64,000 bases of DNA, taken from contig CBDFIQ010000002.1 of the NCBI GenBank assembly GCA_965248195.1, positions 2,912,001 to 2,976,000 on the forward strand, read 5' to 3'. Every line of letters begins with the position of its first letter. Position 1 is the stretch's first letter. Below the pieces are notes generated by a model. That model was not told where the DNA came from. It worked only from the letters and a program-made list of their open reading frames with translations, and ran no database searches. Made by a program: the position numbers and the translations under genes. Shown here in pieces: positions 1 through 10,768 of this stretch. Origin of the DNA: Longimicrobiales bacterium (GTDB lineage: Bacteria > Gemmatimonadota > Gemmatimonadetes > Longimicrobiales > Gaopeijiaceae).

Positions 1-818
1 ACGGGGACCCCCGGTTCAGCCTCCCCGAGTGGCATGGGCGGGTCATCGCCACCATACGAAGCATCACCGAGTACAATCGGGAGAGCCCGCCCGCCGAGCG
101 GTTCGACGGCATTCGACACGACATCGAGCCCTACCTCCTACCCGGATTCGCCGGGGTGCGCCACACGCAGATACTGCGGCAGTACCTCTCGATCGTGGCC
201 GCATCTCAAGCGTTGGCGGCCCAGGCCGGTCTCGTGTACGGCGTCGACATCCCAGCCTGGTTCGACGAACGAAACGAGTTCTTCGAGCTGGTGGCGGACG
301 TGGACGGGCGGCCCCTGAGCGAGCTGATCATCGACATCGTGGATAACGTCGGCATCATGGATTACCGAACGCAGGCCTACGGCGCCGATGGGACGATCGC
401 ACATGCGCGGAGCGAGCTGCGGTACGCGGCGGACGTGGGGAAGCAGGTCTTTCTCGGTCTCGAGACCAGCGAGCTACCGGACGAGACCGACTTCGCGTTC
501 AGCTCCCAGGGGTCGGGCGGCTCGCGGGTGGTCGTCCAGCAGATCGACGACGAGCGGGCGCGTGTCAGCTGGATCTCGGAGGAGGCGTGGGACCGGCTCA
601 GCGAACGGCCAAGGACGACGACGGGGACGTTGATCCTGAGGGAATCCCGGGCGACGGCCGTGCCATCGGGCAAGTTGTCGTTCGCGCGGTACGGCAGGAG
701 CGAAATCGAGGCCGTGATCGAACAGACCGCCTTGGAGCTTCAACAATTCGAGAGTTTCTATGGATTCGCCATTCATTCCTATGAGAGTTACCGACCGTGG
801 CTCGAAGGCCCTCGGTGA
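1..818 (+). CDS. 5'-partial hypothetical protein, putative glycoside hydrolase-like TIM-barrel
   Basis: Frame is open from the window start (GDPRFSLPEWHG...ERFDGIRHDIEPYLLP...GIMDYR...GLET...GFAIHSY). The FDGxxxDxEP pattern resembles carbohydrate-active TIM barrels; the family is uncertain. Confidence 0.6.
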   Translation, partial: GDPRFSLPEWHGRVIATIRSITEYNRESPPAERFDGIRHDIEPYLLPGFAGVRHTQILRQYLSIVAASQALAAQAGLVYGVDIPAWFDERNEFFELVADVDGRPLSELIIDIVDNVGIMDYRTQAYGADGTIAHARSELRYAADVGKQVFLGLETSELPDETDFAFSSQGSGGSRVVVQQIDDERARVSWISEEAWDRLSERPRTTTGTLILRESRATAVPSGKLSFARYGRSEIEAVIEQTALELQQFESFYGFAIHSYESYRPWLEGPR

Positions 819-983
819 GCCGCAAAATCCTGTTGGATCTAGCCTCGCACAGAGCCGTCGAGGCTCCTTCTTCGGTAGTAGGAGAGAAAATTTTCCTACG
901 TAAACAACCGCTTCCCCGGTATTTCTGGAGTGGAGGGTTGTTTGTTTATGGAAGATGTATTGGAAGTGCTCGTGTCCGGCCAC

Positions 984-2345
984 ATGGCGAATCGGGGCGT
1001 TAGGCGTGAGAAGGCTTCGCCGAGCGGCCGACGACATCAGGGCCCGGGCACTCGGTCCATCCTCATGCTGCTGGGGGTGCTCGCGCTCACGTCGTGCTTC
1101 GATCAAGTCCTCATTCCGGACGTGGAGGCGGACGGTCGCCTCACGGTAACGAACGACGAGGAGATTCTGAGCGAGCGACTCGAGTACCTCGAGGCTGAGG
1201 TCCCCATCGACCCGGCGAGCCCGGCCCTGCTAGGAGGGGCCGCCGCCGCGCTAGGGGGGGCCGCGGCAGGGCCCACGCGATCAACGGTGAGCCTTACGCT
1301 TGTCGCGCAGCTCGATCCACCTAATGTGGACGGCCAGGTGGTCCAGGCGACCTCGGTCTCTGCGCGGCGGAGGTTCAATTTCTTGATCAGCTACAACACC
1401 CAGGGCAACCCTTTCGTGGGGGCGGTCGACTACGTGATCAACCCCTTCGGGCGAAGCCCCAGACTGATCTCTTTGGTGGCGTTCAGTGACTCCGACGTCA
1501 GCGCGGTCGGGCTCCACGATGAAGACGGCGACGACGATGACGACTGGATCTACGTGGCTGAGGCGACAGCCGCGAGTGGCTTCGCCACACCTGCGGCCAT
1601 CGAGCGCCTAACGGTTGCCCCCTCGGGGATCCTGCTGGAGAACAACGACCGCTTCGATCTCTCGAGTTTTGCCGCCACCAGTGTCCTCTCGGGCGACGAT
1701 GTGATCTACGTCACGACCGGGGACGGCGGACACGTATACGCACTCGACGAATCCGATATGAGCATAGTTGGCCAATTCGCCCTCGACGACGCACGGTGGG
1801 TGGCACACGACGAGGACAATGACCGGATCGTGGTAGTGCAAGGAACGCCCGGACGGATTTCTGTTTTCCAGGAGGGCGACTTCCCGGGTGGATCGATGAC
1901 CCTTCTCAACACCTTCACTTTCCCCGGAGCCGGCGTTGCCGAGTCGAAGTCGACCGTCGAAATCGTCGGTGGCAAGGCCTTCATCGCTGCGGGCCCCGAG
2001 GGCGTGCAGGTGATGTGCCTCGACAACGGTCAGATCGTCGGGTCAGTGCCGCGCCCCGACCCGGCCGCCCTCGGACTGGATGCGTCGGTGGTGGTGACGA
2101 ACGCGGTCACCGTCGACGAAGACCTGATGTTCATCTCGAACGGTGAGGCGGGTGTGTACGTCGCGGCGGGGGCCGCGGATTTCGCTAGCACGCCATGCGA
2201 CGCGCCCCAGACCATCACGATGCTGGGGCACCTACGCTTCGACGACTTGCAGTCCGTCAATCACGTCGATTATGAGAACAAGCGGCTCCTCATCGCCGCT
2301 GGCCTGGGCGGGCTCAAGATCGTGCAAGTCAAAATAAAGCCCTAG
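984..2345 (+). CDS. Lipoprotein with beta-propeller (LVIVD-like) repeats
   Basis: Lipobox-like LALTSC; repeated motifs (AFIAAGPEGVQV, MFISNGEAGVYV, LLIAAGLGGLKIV). Start uncertain (930-1065). Confidence 0.7.
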   Translation: MANRGVRREKASPSGRRHQGPGTRSILMLLGVLALTSCFDQVLIPDVEADGRLTVTNDEEILSERLEYLEAEVPIDPASPALLGGAAAALGGAAAGPTRSTVSLTLVAQLDPPNVDGQVVQATSVSARRRFNFLISYNTQGNPFVGAVDYVINPFGRSPRLISLVAFSDSDVSAVGLHDEDGDDDDDWIYVAEATAASGFATPAAIERLTVAPSGILLENNDRFDLSSFAATSVLSGDDVIYVTTGDGGHVYALDESDMSIVGQFALDDARWVAHDEDNDRIVVVQGTPGRISVFQEGDFPGGSMTLLNTFTFPGAGVAESKSTVEIVGGKAFIAAGPEGVQVMCLDNGQIVGSVPRPDPAALGLDASVVVTNAVTVDEDLMFISNGEAGVYVAAGAADFASTPCDAPQTITMLGHLRFDDLQSVNHVDYENKRLLIAAGLGGLKIVQVKIKP

Positions 2346-2384
2346 GTGGCTACGGGACGCGCCCCTAGGTGGCCACGGGGCGCG
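2340..2384. repeat. 23 bp-period tandem duplication between convergent genes
   Basis: ccctaggtggctacgggacgcg (2340-2361) vs ccctaggtggccacggggcgcg (2363-2384), 20/22 identical; includes the TAG stop of the upstream gene. Confidence 0.85.
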
Positions 2385-2385
2385 A

Positions 2386-4581
2386 TCAAAACACCCAGTT
2401 CGAGCCCAGGATGAAGGCAGTATACCGGTAGCCGGACTCGCCACTCGCGAAGCTCATCAGTCCCGCGGAGGAGTATCCGAAGGAAAGTGAGATCTCACGG
2501 CCAGGCCCGAATCCGTACGCGACGCGCACGTTGGAGCGAGCAGACAGGCCGACGTCACCGTCCTTCCCCACCTGCTGAATCCCGGGAGCGAGCTCGACCA
2601 GAAAGGTCCACGGTACCGGCCGGTACAGCCAATGGCTCGTGATCTCGCCAATACCGTAGAAATCCGGGTCGAAGTATCCGTCGTTCAGATCCTTCTCGAA
2701 CGAGAACCCTCGAAGGCCCGCCCCGAGTGAAAGGAACCGACCGACTCGCCGTGATGTGGAAAGAGATGCGCTTCTCCGGCCGTTGTCTTCCGTTCCCACC
2801 AACTTGCCCACGCCCACCGTACCGTCGACGCGCCATCCCAGCGCTGGAGCCCCCCGCCCACTGATCAAGAGCTCTGTGCTCCGCACCCCTATCTCGGCGA
2901 GCGCCGCGGTCTCGTTCAGACCCGCCGACGCGAAATTCAACGCCGCGCCGATGCGGCTCCGGTCCGGAGTCCTCACGCCCAGCTGATATGCGACGTACGA
3001 GGGGTCATCCGTGCCGTTACTCCGACTTCCACCGAGGCCGCCGGACAAGGTCCAGCCAGGCCGGATTTGGTAGCGACCAGAAACCGTCACGCCTTGTGCG
3101 GTGAGCTCCAGTTGTTCGATCCCGAACCTCTGGTCGAGCTTTTTCAGGTAGCCTTCGCCCCGCACATCGAGTCTCGGAGTCGCGTGCCAACCCGCCGCGA
3201 GCGACGTGGTCACCATCGTATTCCCGTCCGAGTCGTTTTCGTAGACGACCGTAGGCCGAGCGACAGGCGCCAGAGCGAGGTTCAGCGACCGGAGTTGGTC
3301 CCGAACCACTGCGTTCGTGGGTGCGAGCTCAGCCGCCCTCTCGAGGGCTTCCCGGGCGGCTGCGTCCCTTCCCTGCCAGCGATACACCTGCCCGAGCCCG
3401 CCCCACGCATCAGCGCTCGACCGATCGGCCTCGACAGCCTGGAGCGATGCCTGTTCACTCTCCGCGAGGCGACCCGCCCACCCCAGGGTCTTGCCCTTGC
3501 CCGTGAGCGCCCTCATCTCGTTCGGAGCGCGGAGGAGCACCTCATCGTACTGGGCGATCGCGCCGGCGAAGTCCTGCGAGACTGCAAGTGTCCTCGCCAG
3601 GCCAAGCCTCGCTTCGATGTCCTCGGGATCGCGAGCCAGGAGAGCGTCGTAGGCGGACCTGGAGGCCTCGAACCGGGCGGCCCAAGCAAACGCCTGTGCC
3701 CGTTGGAGGTGAGCGCTGTTGCTCCCAGGTGCGATCGCGAGCAGCTCGTCGTAGCTCGCGAGCGATTGGTCGAACTGGCCGGCCCAAGCCTGGAAGAGCG
3801 CGAGCGCCTCCAGGGCCTCCACATTGTCCGGCTGAACCGCGAGCACCTCGGCCACCTCGTCCTGCGCCCCAGGGATGTCTCCCGACCAAGCCCGGACCCG
3901 CGCCCGGGCCAAGCGAGCGTCAAGGCGCCGAGGCTGCTGCTGGATCAGACGATCGAGTAGCTCTACCGCCGCATCGTACTGCTTCTGCCACGCCTGCATG
4001 AGCGCCATCCGTAGCATCGCGGTCCCGTCCTCCGGATCGGCCGCGAGGCGGGCGCTGTACAGGCGCATCGCGAGGGCGGTGTTTCCTCCGCTCCACGCCT
4101 CCCCTGCACGGTCGTCGGGGGTCGCCATGGCTGCGTCCGCCCCGGCGATTCGCTCCAAATACTCGACGGCCGTCGGGTGCCCCGGTTGGAGCTCGAGGAC
4201 CGTGCGGAAGTAGTCGCGGACGGCGTCGACGTCCCCCGAACGCCACCGCGCCAGGCCCAAACCGACCAGCGCGTCGACGTTATTCGGCTCGGCGGTGCCC
4301 ACCACCGTCCAGAGACGCTCGGCCTCCAGTACATTGCCGTCTCTCAGATTGACGTAACCTAGGCCCGTGCGCGCGTACTGATCGTTGTGGCACAGTGCAA
4401 CCGCAGCCTCGAATCGACGCCGCGCCTCCGCGATGTCGTTGTCGGCGTAGGCAGCCCAACCGGCTTCGGCGCCGGGGCCGGACGCGCTCGGGCAAGGATC
4501 CTGCCCCTGTGCTGGTGCGGACAGGGTCAGGAATGCCAGTAAGAGAAGGGTGGGGATCCCAACGGGTCGCACGGGCTTCAT
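2386..4581 (-). CDS. Tetratricopeptide repeat protein with C-terminal outer-membrane beta-barrel
   Basis: Signal peptide, many TPR-like helical repeats, a beta-strand-rich C-terminal part and a terminal aromatic residue (NWVF). Confidence 0.8.
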   Translation of the reverse strand: MKPVRPVGIPTLLLLAFLTLSAPAQGQDPCPSASGPGAEAGWAAYADNDIAEARRRFEAAVALCHNDQYARTGLGYVNLRDGNVLEAERLWTVVGTAEPNNVDALVGLGLARWRSGDVDAVRDYFRTVLELQPGHPTAVEYLERIAGADAAMATPDDRAGEAWSGGNTALAMRLYSARLAADPEDGTAMLRMALMQAWQKQYDAAVELLDRLIQQQPRRLDARLARARVRAWSGDIPGAQDEVAEVLAVQPDNVEALEALALFQAWAGQFDQSLASYDELLAIAPGSNSAHLQRAQAFAWAARFEASRSAYDALLARDPEDIEARLGLARTLAVSQDFAGAIAQYDEVLLRAPNEMRALTGKGKTLGWAGRLAESEQASLQAVEADRSSADAWGGLGQVYRWQGRDAAAREALERAAELAPTNAVVRDQLRSLNLALAPVARPTVVYENDSDGNTMVTTSLAAGWHATPRLDVRGEGYLKKLDQRFGIEQLELTAQGVTVSGRYQIRPGWTLSGGLGGSRSNGTDDPSYVAYQLGVRTPDRSRIGAALNFASAGLNETAALAEIGVRSTELLISGRGAPALGWRVDGTVGVGKLVGTEDNGRRSASLSTSRRVGRFLSLGAGLRGFSFEKDLNDGYFDPDFYGIGEITSHWLYRPVPWTFLVELAPGIQQVGKDGDVGLSARSNVRVAYGFGPGREISLSFGYSSAGLMSFASGESGYRYTAFILGSNWVF

Positions 4582-4753
4582 CCAGCCTCTCCGGGCTCTG
4601 GAGGTCAGAAGGTTTGATCAGCATAGGGCCTTGCTGACAAATTCCTTACTCCCGAGCAGGCGAGGTCAAGGATCTTCTAATTGGTGATGCGGGAGCCACG
4701 CCACTACGGGCTCCATCCCGGCGCTGGACTCTACGCTAGCCCCGATCTCTTCT

Positions 4754-7111
<2,358 letters not shown>

Positions 7112-7395
7112 CTATCCTCGACCTTCGGAAGTAAGGGGCTGAATCGGCGTGTACCGACGGGAACCTACGTACAATCCTTTGACAGGACACACGGCGGTCG
7201 CCCCGTGTTGTAATCGGGCCGACTGCATCCCTGCGCCACACCGGTTGGGCGACGACCACCCCCGGGGCGGCGGACGCGGTCTTCGCCCGCGCCGGACGTC
7301 GCGTGCTGTGACACGAGGTTCTCTCGACGGGAGGGTGGTGAACCCGCTAGCTTTGATTTCGCCTCTCAATGATCCGCTCAACCCGCCATAGACCC

Positions 7396-8007
7396 ATGAG
7401 CGACCCGTCGAAGCCGACTGTAGAGTTCACGAATCTCGCAAAGGACACCGTCCTCCGTTTCATGGAGATGCAGGGGGACGAGAGCCTTGCGGTGCGCGTC
7501 CAGGTTGCCAGCCCAAGCCCGCTCGATCCGCGCTACGAGATCACGATGATCGAGCCCGGTGAAAAATGCGCGGAAGACCAGGTGTTCGACGGCTACGGCT
7601 TCGAGGTCGTGATGGAGCCCGAGAGCGCGAAGCTCCTCGAAGGTGCTCGCATCGACTGGATCGAGACCCTGACCGAGAGCGGGTTCAAGGTCGAGAATCC
7701 CAACCTGGCGCCCATCGGCTCGAAGCCGTTGGAGGGCCCTCTGGCCGACCGAGTTCGACAGGCCATCGACCAATTCGTGAACCCCGGAGTGGCCCAGCAC
7801 GGCGGACACGTGACGCTGGTGGAAGTCAGGGACAAGATCGTCTACCTCCAGATGGGTGGGGGTTGCCAGGGCTGTGGGATGGCCTCGGTGACGTTGAGCC
7901 AGGGAATCGAGCGGATCCTTCAGGAGCAGGTGCCGGAGATTGAGGGCATCGAGGACGTGACGAACCACGGCGACGGCGAGAACCCCTACTTCAGCGCGTC
8001 CAAGTAA
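7396..8007 (+). CDS. nfuA: Fe-S cluster biogenesis protein NfuA-like (degenerate A-type domain plus NifU C-terminal domain)
   Basis: GFKVENPN ends the A-type domain; HGGHV...GGGCQGC (CxxC); C-terminal DVTNH..GENPYF. Confidence 0.85.
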   Translation: MSDPSKPTVEFTNLAKDTVLRFMEMQGDESLAVRVQVASPSPLDPRYEITMIEPGEKCAEDQVFDGYGFEVVMEPESAKLLEGARIDWIETLTESGFKVENPNLAPIGSKPLEGPLADRVRQAIDQFVNPGVAQHGGHVTLVEVRDKIVYLQMGGGCQGCGMASVTLSQGIERILQEQVPEIEGIEDVTNHGDGENPYFSASK

Positions 8008-8061
8008 AATACCCGGGTTTTGGGTATTGTGGGTAACCGGCACTCCGACGGAGGGCCTGTC

Positions 8062-9300
8062 GTGTCGAGGGTCCTTCTCCTCCTTTCACGAACCTCGTAT
8101 CGCGCCGAGGCTTTTGTCCACGCGGCCCGCCGCCTGGAAGTGGACGTCACGGTCGGCTCGAATCACCGGCAGGCCCTCGCCGACCTGACACCTGGCGGAG
8201 CGCTCACTCTCGGCGTCGGGGACATCCACCGATCGGTGGCCAGCATCGTGCGGTTCGCCTCGGACCATCCGCTGACGGCCATCGTGGCGGCGGAAGACGA
8301 TTTCGGGCCGGTGGCCGCGGCAGCATCGGAGGCCCTGGGGCTGACGCACCATCCTTCCGAGGCGGTCCGGTCCGCTCGTAACAAAGCGGTCATGCGGCAG
8401 CGGCTCGAGGCGGCCGGATTCCCGTCACCCTGGTTCCACGTTGCCTCCGTCGATGACGATGCGGAGGCGGCCGCAGCCGGTGCTCGCTATCCCTGTGTTC
8501 TCAAGCCGCTCGCGTTGTCCGCCAGCCGCGGGGTGATCCGCGCAGACACGCCCGAAGAGTTCGGCCGGGCCTGGAGCCGGATTCGGGCGATCCTCGAGCA
8601 GCCCGACGCAGTCACGCGCAGCGGCCACGGCGTGGCCGAGATCCTGATCGAAGCGTACATGCCGGGGGGCGAAGTGGCCGTGGAGGGGATCGTGGTGGGG
8701 GGCGAGCTGCAGACCCTCGCCGTCCTGGACAAGCCGGACCTCATGGAGGGGCCGTTCTTCGAGGAGACCATCCTTGTGACGCCTTCCCGTCTCCCCGAGA
8801 GTGTTCAGCGCGAGATCGTCTCCTCCGTGCAGCGGTCCGTGGCCATCCTCGGCCTCGATGACGGCCCCGTTCACGCCGAGCTCCGCGTGGACGCCGAGCA
8901 GGCCTCACTCCTGGAGATCGCGCCGCGCTCCATCGGTGGCCGTTGCTCCACGATCCTCCGCTTCGAGCCGGCGGCGACCTTGGAGGAGCTCATACTGCAT
9001 CATGCGTTGGGGATGCCGATCCACGAGTACTCCCTAGCGCCTGGAGCCGGCGGTGTCATGATGCTCCCGATTCTCGAAGCCGGCGTTCTGCGCGAGGTGG
9101 GCGGGTCCGAGGCAGCCCTCGAGATTCCGGGCATCGAAAGGCTCGAGATTACGATCCCGGTGGGCCAGAAGGTCGTGCCCCTCCCCGAGGGTAATCGCTA
9201 CTTGGGATTTCTCTTCGCCCGAGCAGCGACGTCCGAGCAGGTCGAAGCCGCGCTCAGGGTCGCGTACGCGAGGCTCGACGTGAAAGTCGAGCCCAGTTGA
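8062..9300 (+). CDS. ATP-grasp domain protein (carboxylate-amine ligase-like)
   Basis: RNKAVMR, YPCVLKP, SASRGV, IEAYMPGGEVAVEG, HAELR and EIAPRSIGG motifs; GTG start after GGAGGG. Confidence 0.85.
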   Translation: MSRVLLLLSRTSYRAEAFVHAARRLEVDVTVGSNHRQALADLTPGGALTLGVGDIHRSVASIVRFASDHPLTAIVAAEDDFGPVAAAASEALGLTHHPSEAVRSARNKAVMRQRLEAAGFPSPWFHVASVDDDAEAAAAGARYPCVLKPLALSASRGVIRADTPEEFGRAWSRIRAILEQPDAVTRSGHGVAEILIEAYMPGGEVAVEGIVVGGELQTLAVLDKPDLMEGPFFEETILVTPSRLPESVQREIVSSVQRSVAILGLDDGPVHAELRVDAEQASLLEIAPRSIGGRCSTILRFEPAATLEELILHHALGMPIHEYSLAPGAGGVMMLPILEAGVLREVGGSEAALEIPGIERLEITIPVGQKVVPLPEGNRYLGFLFARAATSEQVEAALRVAYARLDVKVEPS

Positions 9301-9325
9301 GGGACGAGCGCCGGAAATGTTTGAT

Positions 9326-9814
9326 TCAGAAATCCAGCGCCGAATCGTCATGGCGGGCCGGGTCATCCAACCGACCCAGCAGCTGCATCTGACCGGCCGT
9401 AATCCGGCGCCGACCGGCGTAGCCTCCGCTTATTTCATGCCAATACGCCACCTTGGGCTCATCCGACTGCCAGCAGAGATAGACCCAACGGCCATCTAGA
9501 GTGGTGGGAAAGTCGACCAGCCCGTGCTCGAGACCGCCGACCGGAAAGCGGATGCCCCGGTCAACAAGCCGCTGTTGGATGAGCTCTTCGATGGTCCGGC
9601 GGTACTCCGAGAGAGAATGACGATGCTGCGCGTACTCCTCGTGATCCGGGTTGGCACTTTGGGAGACCAGGTCGCCCCAAAGAGCGTCCAGCACGGCCAG
9701 CTGGTCCATCTTGCTGCGTGCCACGTCGCGAAGGCTTTGAATCTGGTTGAGGGCGGCCCGCACCTCAGAAAGCATCTTGTTTGCCTCGTCGACCGTAAAA
9801 GCATGATGGCCCAT
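9326..9814 (-). CDS. DUF2203 family protein
   Basis: FTVDEAN at the N-terminus; GLVDFP...VYLCW...E..VAYWHE..GYAGRR signature. Confidence 0.85.
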   Translation of the reverse strand: MGHHAFTVDEANKMLSEVRAALNQIQSLRDVARSKMDQLAVLDALWGDLVSQSANPDHEEYAQHRHSLSEYRRTIEELIQQRLVDRGIRFPVGGLEHGLVDFPTTLDGRWVYLCWQSDEPKVAYWHEISGGYAGRRRITAGQMQLLGRLDDPARHDDSALDF

Positions 9815-9818
9815 GACG

Positions 9819-10768
9819 CTAGCTTTCCGATCCTGTCACCGTCGCCACAGAGCCGAACTGACTCTCGGTCGGCTCAGCTCAGCAGAACCACGCTTCAGTC
9901 AGGTGCGGTGATCGGACACTCCGACGGCGGTATCGGGGTTGGGCTACGGTCCACGGGCCAAAAATGGTCGCAACGGCAAGCTCCTTGATTCGGTAGAACG
10001 TCGTTGCCGGGTCTTCACCCGAGTTGGCTGCTTCTTCAGCGACTCGCGAGACCTGCTGTTGTAGCGCGTCCACCTTGGGATCCGAATGCTGCCAGGTGTA
10101 CACGAAGTCCTTCTGAACCAGCCTCCCCAAGGAGGGCTGGATCTCAGGGATATCGAGGAGCCATGAGCCTGGAGGCAGAAGGAGTCTGATGGAGTATTGC
10201 ACTGGATCGAGGTGATAGATCAAATCGTGCTTCTGCACGAACTCGAGCAGCTCCAAATATCCCGACAGCGTCGTCCAAGGCGTGAAAGGCAACAGCGAGG
10301 GGCGAAGGGCTACGTCGGCGAATCGCGTGATCTCCAGGGCAGTGACCACGTCATCTCGGGTGTGACCCTTGTCGAGATACCCGAGAATACGGTCGTCCAC
10401 ACTCTCCACAGCGGACACGACGAATATGCACCCGAGCGCCGCCAGCTCCATGACCGCGTCACGATGCTGGATCAGGTGCTCGATCTTGGCCGTGAAGTTG
10501 AAGCTCAGTTCGGGGTGGCGGTTACGCATCTCCCGAACGACCCCGAGCGAGTGCTTCACACCGTTCAGCGGATCGCCGTGTGCATGGGAGTCGAGATCCC
10601 CACAAAGTCGGCCCGGCGAACCTTGACCTCGTCGATAACCTCGACGGCGAGATCCAGGCATTCCACTTGATGGCGCCCTTCCGCGATCAAGTGTGCGGCA
10701 GCGGACGCTACTCCGAACGGCTGATGGCCGAGCTCATAGCAGGAGATGAGGAGTACGTTCATTGCCAT
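9819..10768 (-). pseudogene. CUAEP-tail radical SAM (seleno)protein gene with internal deletion/frameshift
   Basis: N-terminal frame (MNVLLISCYELGHQPFG...PMHTAIR) stops at 10565-10567. A second frame gives the C-terminal half (..NGVKH..SAVES..ILGYLDKGH..PFTPWT..DPVQYSIRLL..PHLTEAWFC-TGA-AEP...TAG at 9819). No CxxxCxxC motif is present. Confidence 0.8.
9850..9881 (-). promoter_or_regulatory. Putative selenocysteine UGA codon and bacterial SECIS hairpin
   Basis: Minus strand reads TGA GCT GAGCCGA-CCGAGAGTCAGT-TCGGCTC: a 7 bp perfect stem starting 3 nt after the in-frame UGA. Confidence 0.65.

Noticed and set aside
790..880. GCAAAA-containing stretch resembling a c-di-GMP-I riboswitch
   Set aside because: Lacks the GAAA tetraloop stem and matching P1 pairing, and partly overlaps coding sequence.
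7112..7395. Possible tRNA-Sec or other ncRNA in the intergenic region near the selenoprotein gene
   Set aside because: No tRNA cloverleaf, T-loop or UCA anticodon arm found by eye.
10560..10580. Programmed frameshift joining the two radical SAM frames
   Set aside because: No slippery sequence is visible, and a joined product would still lack CxxxCxxC.
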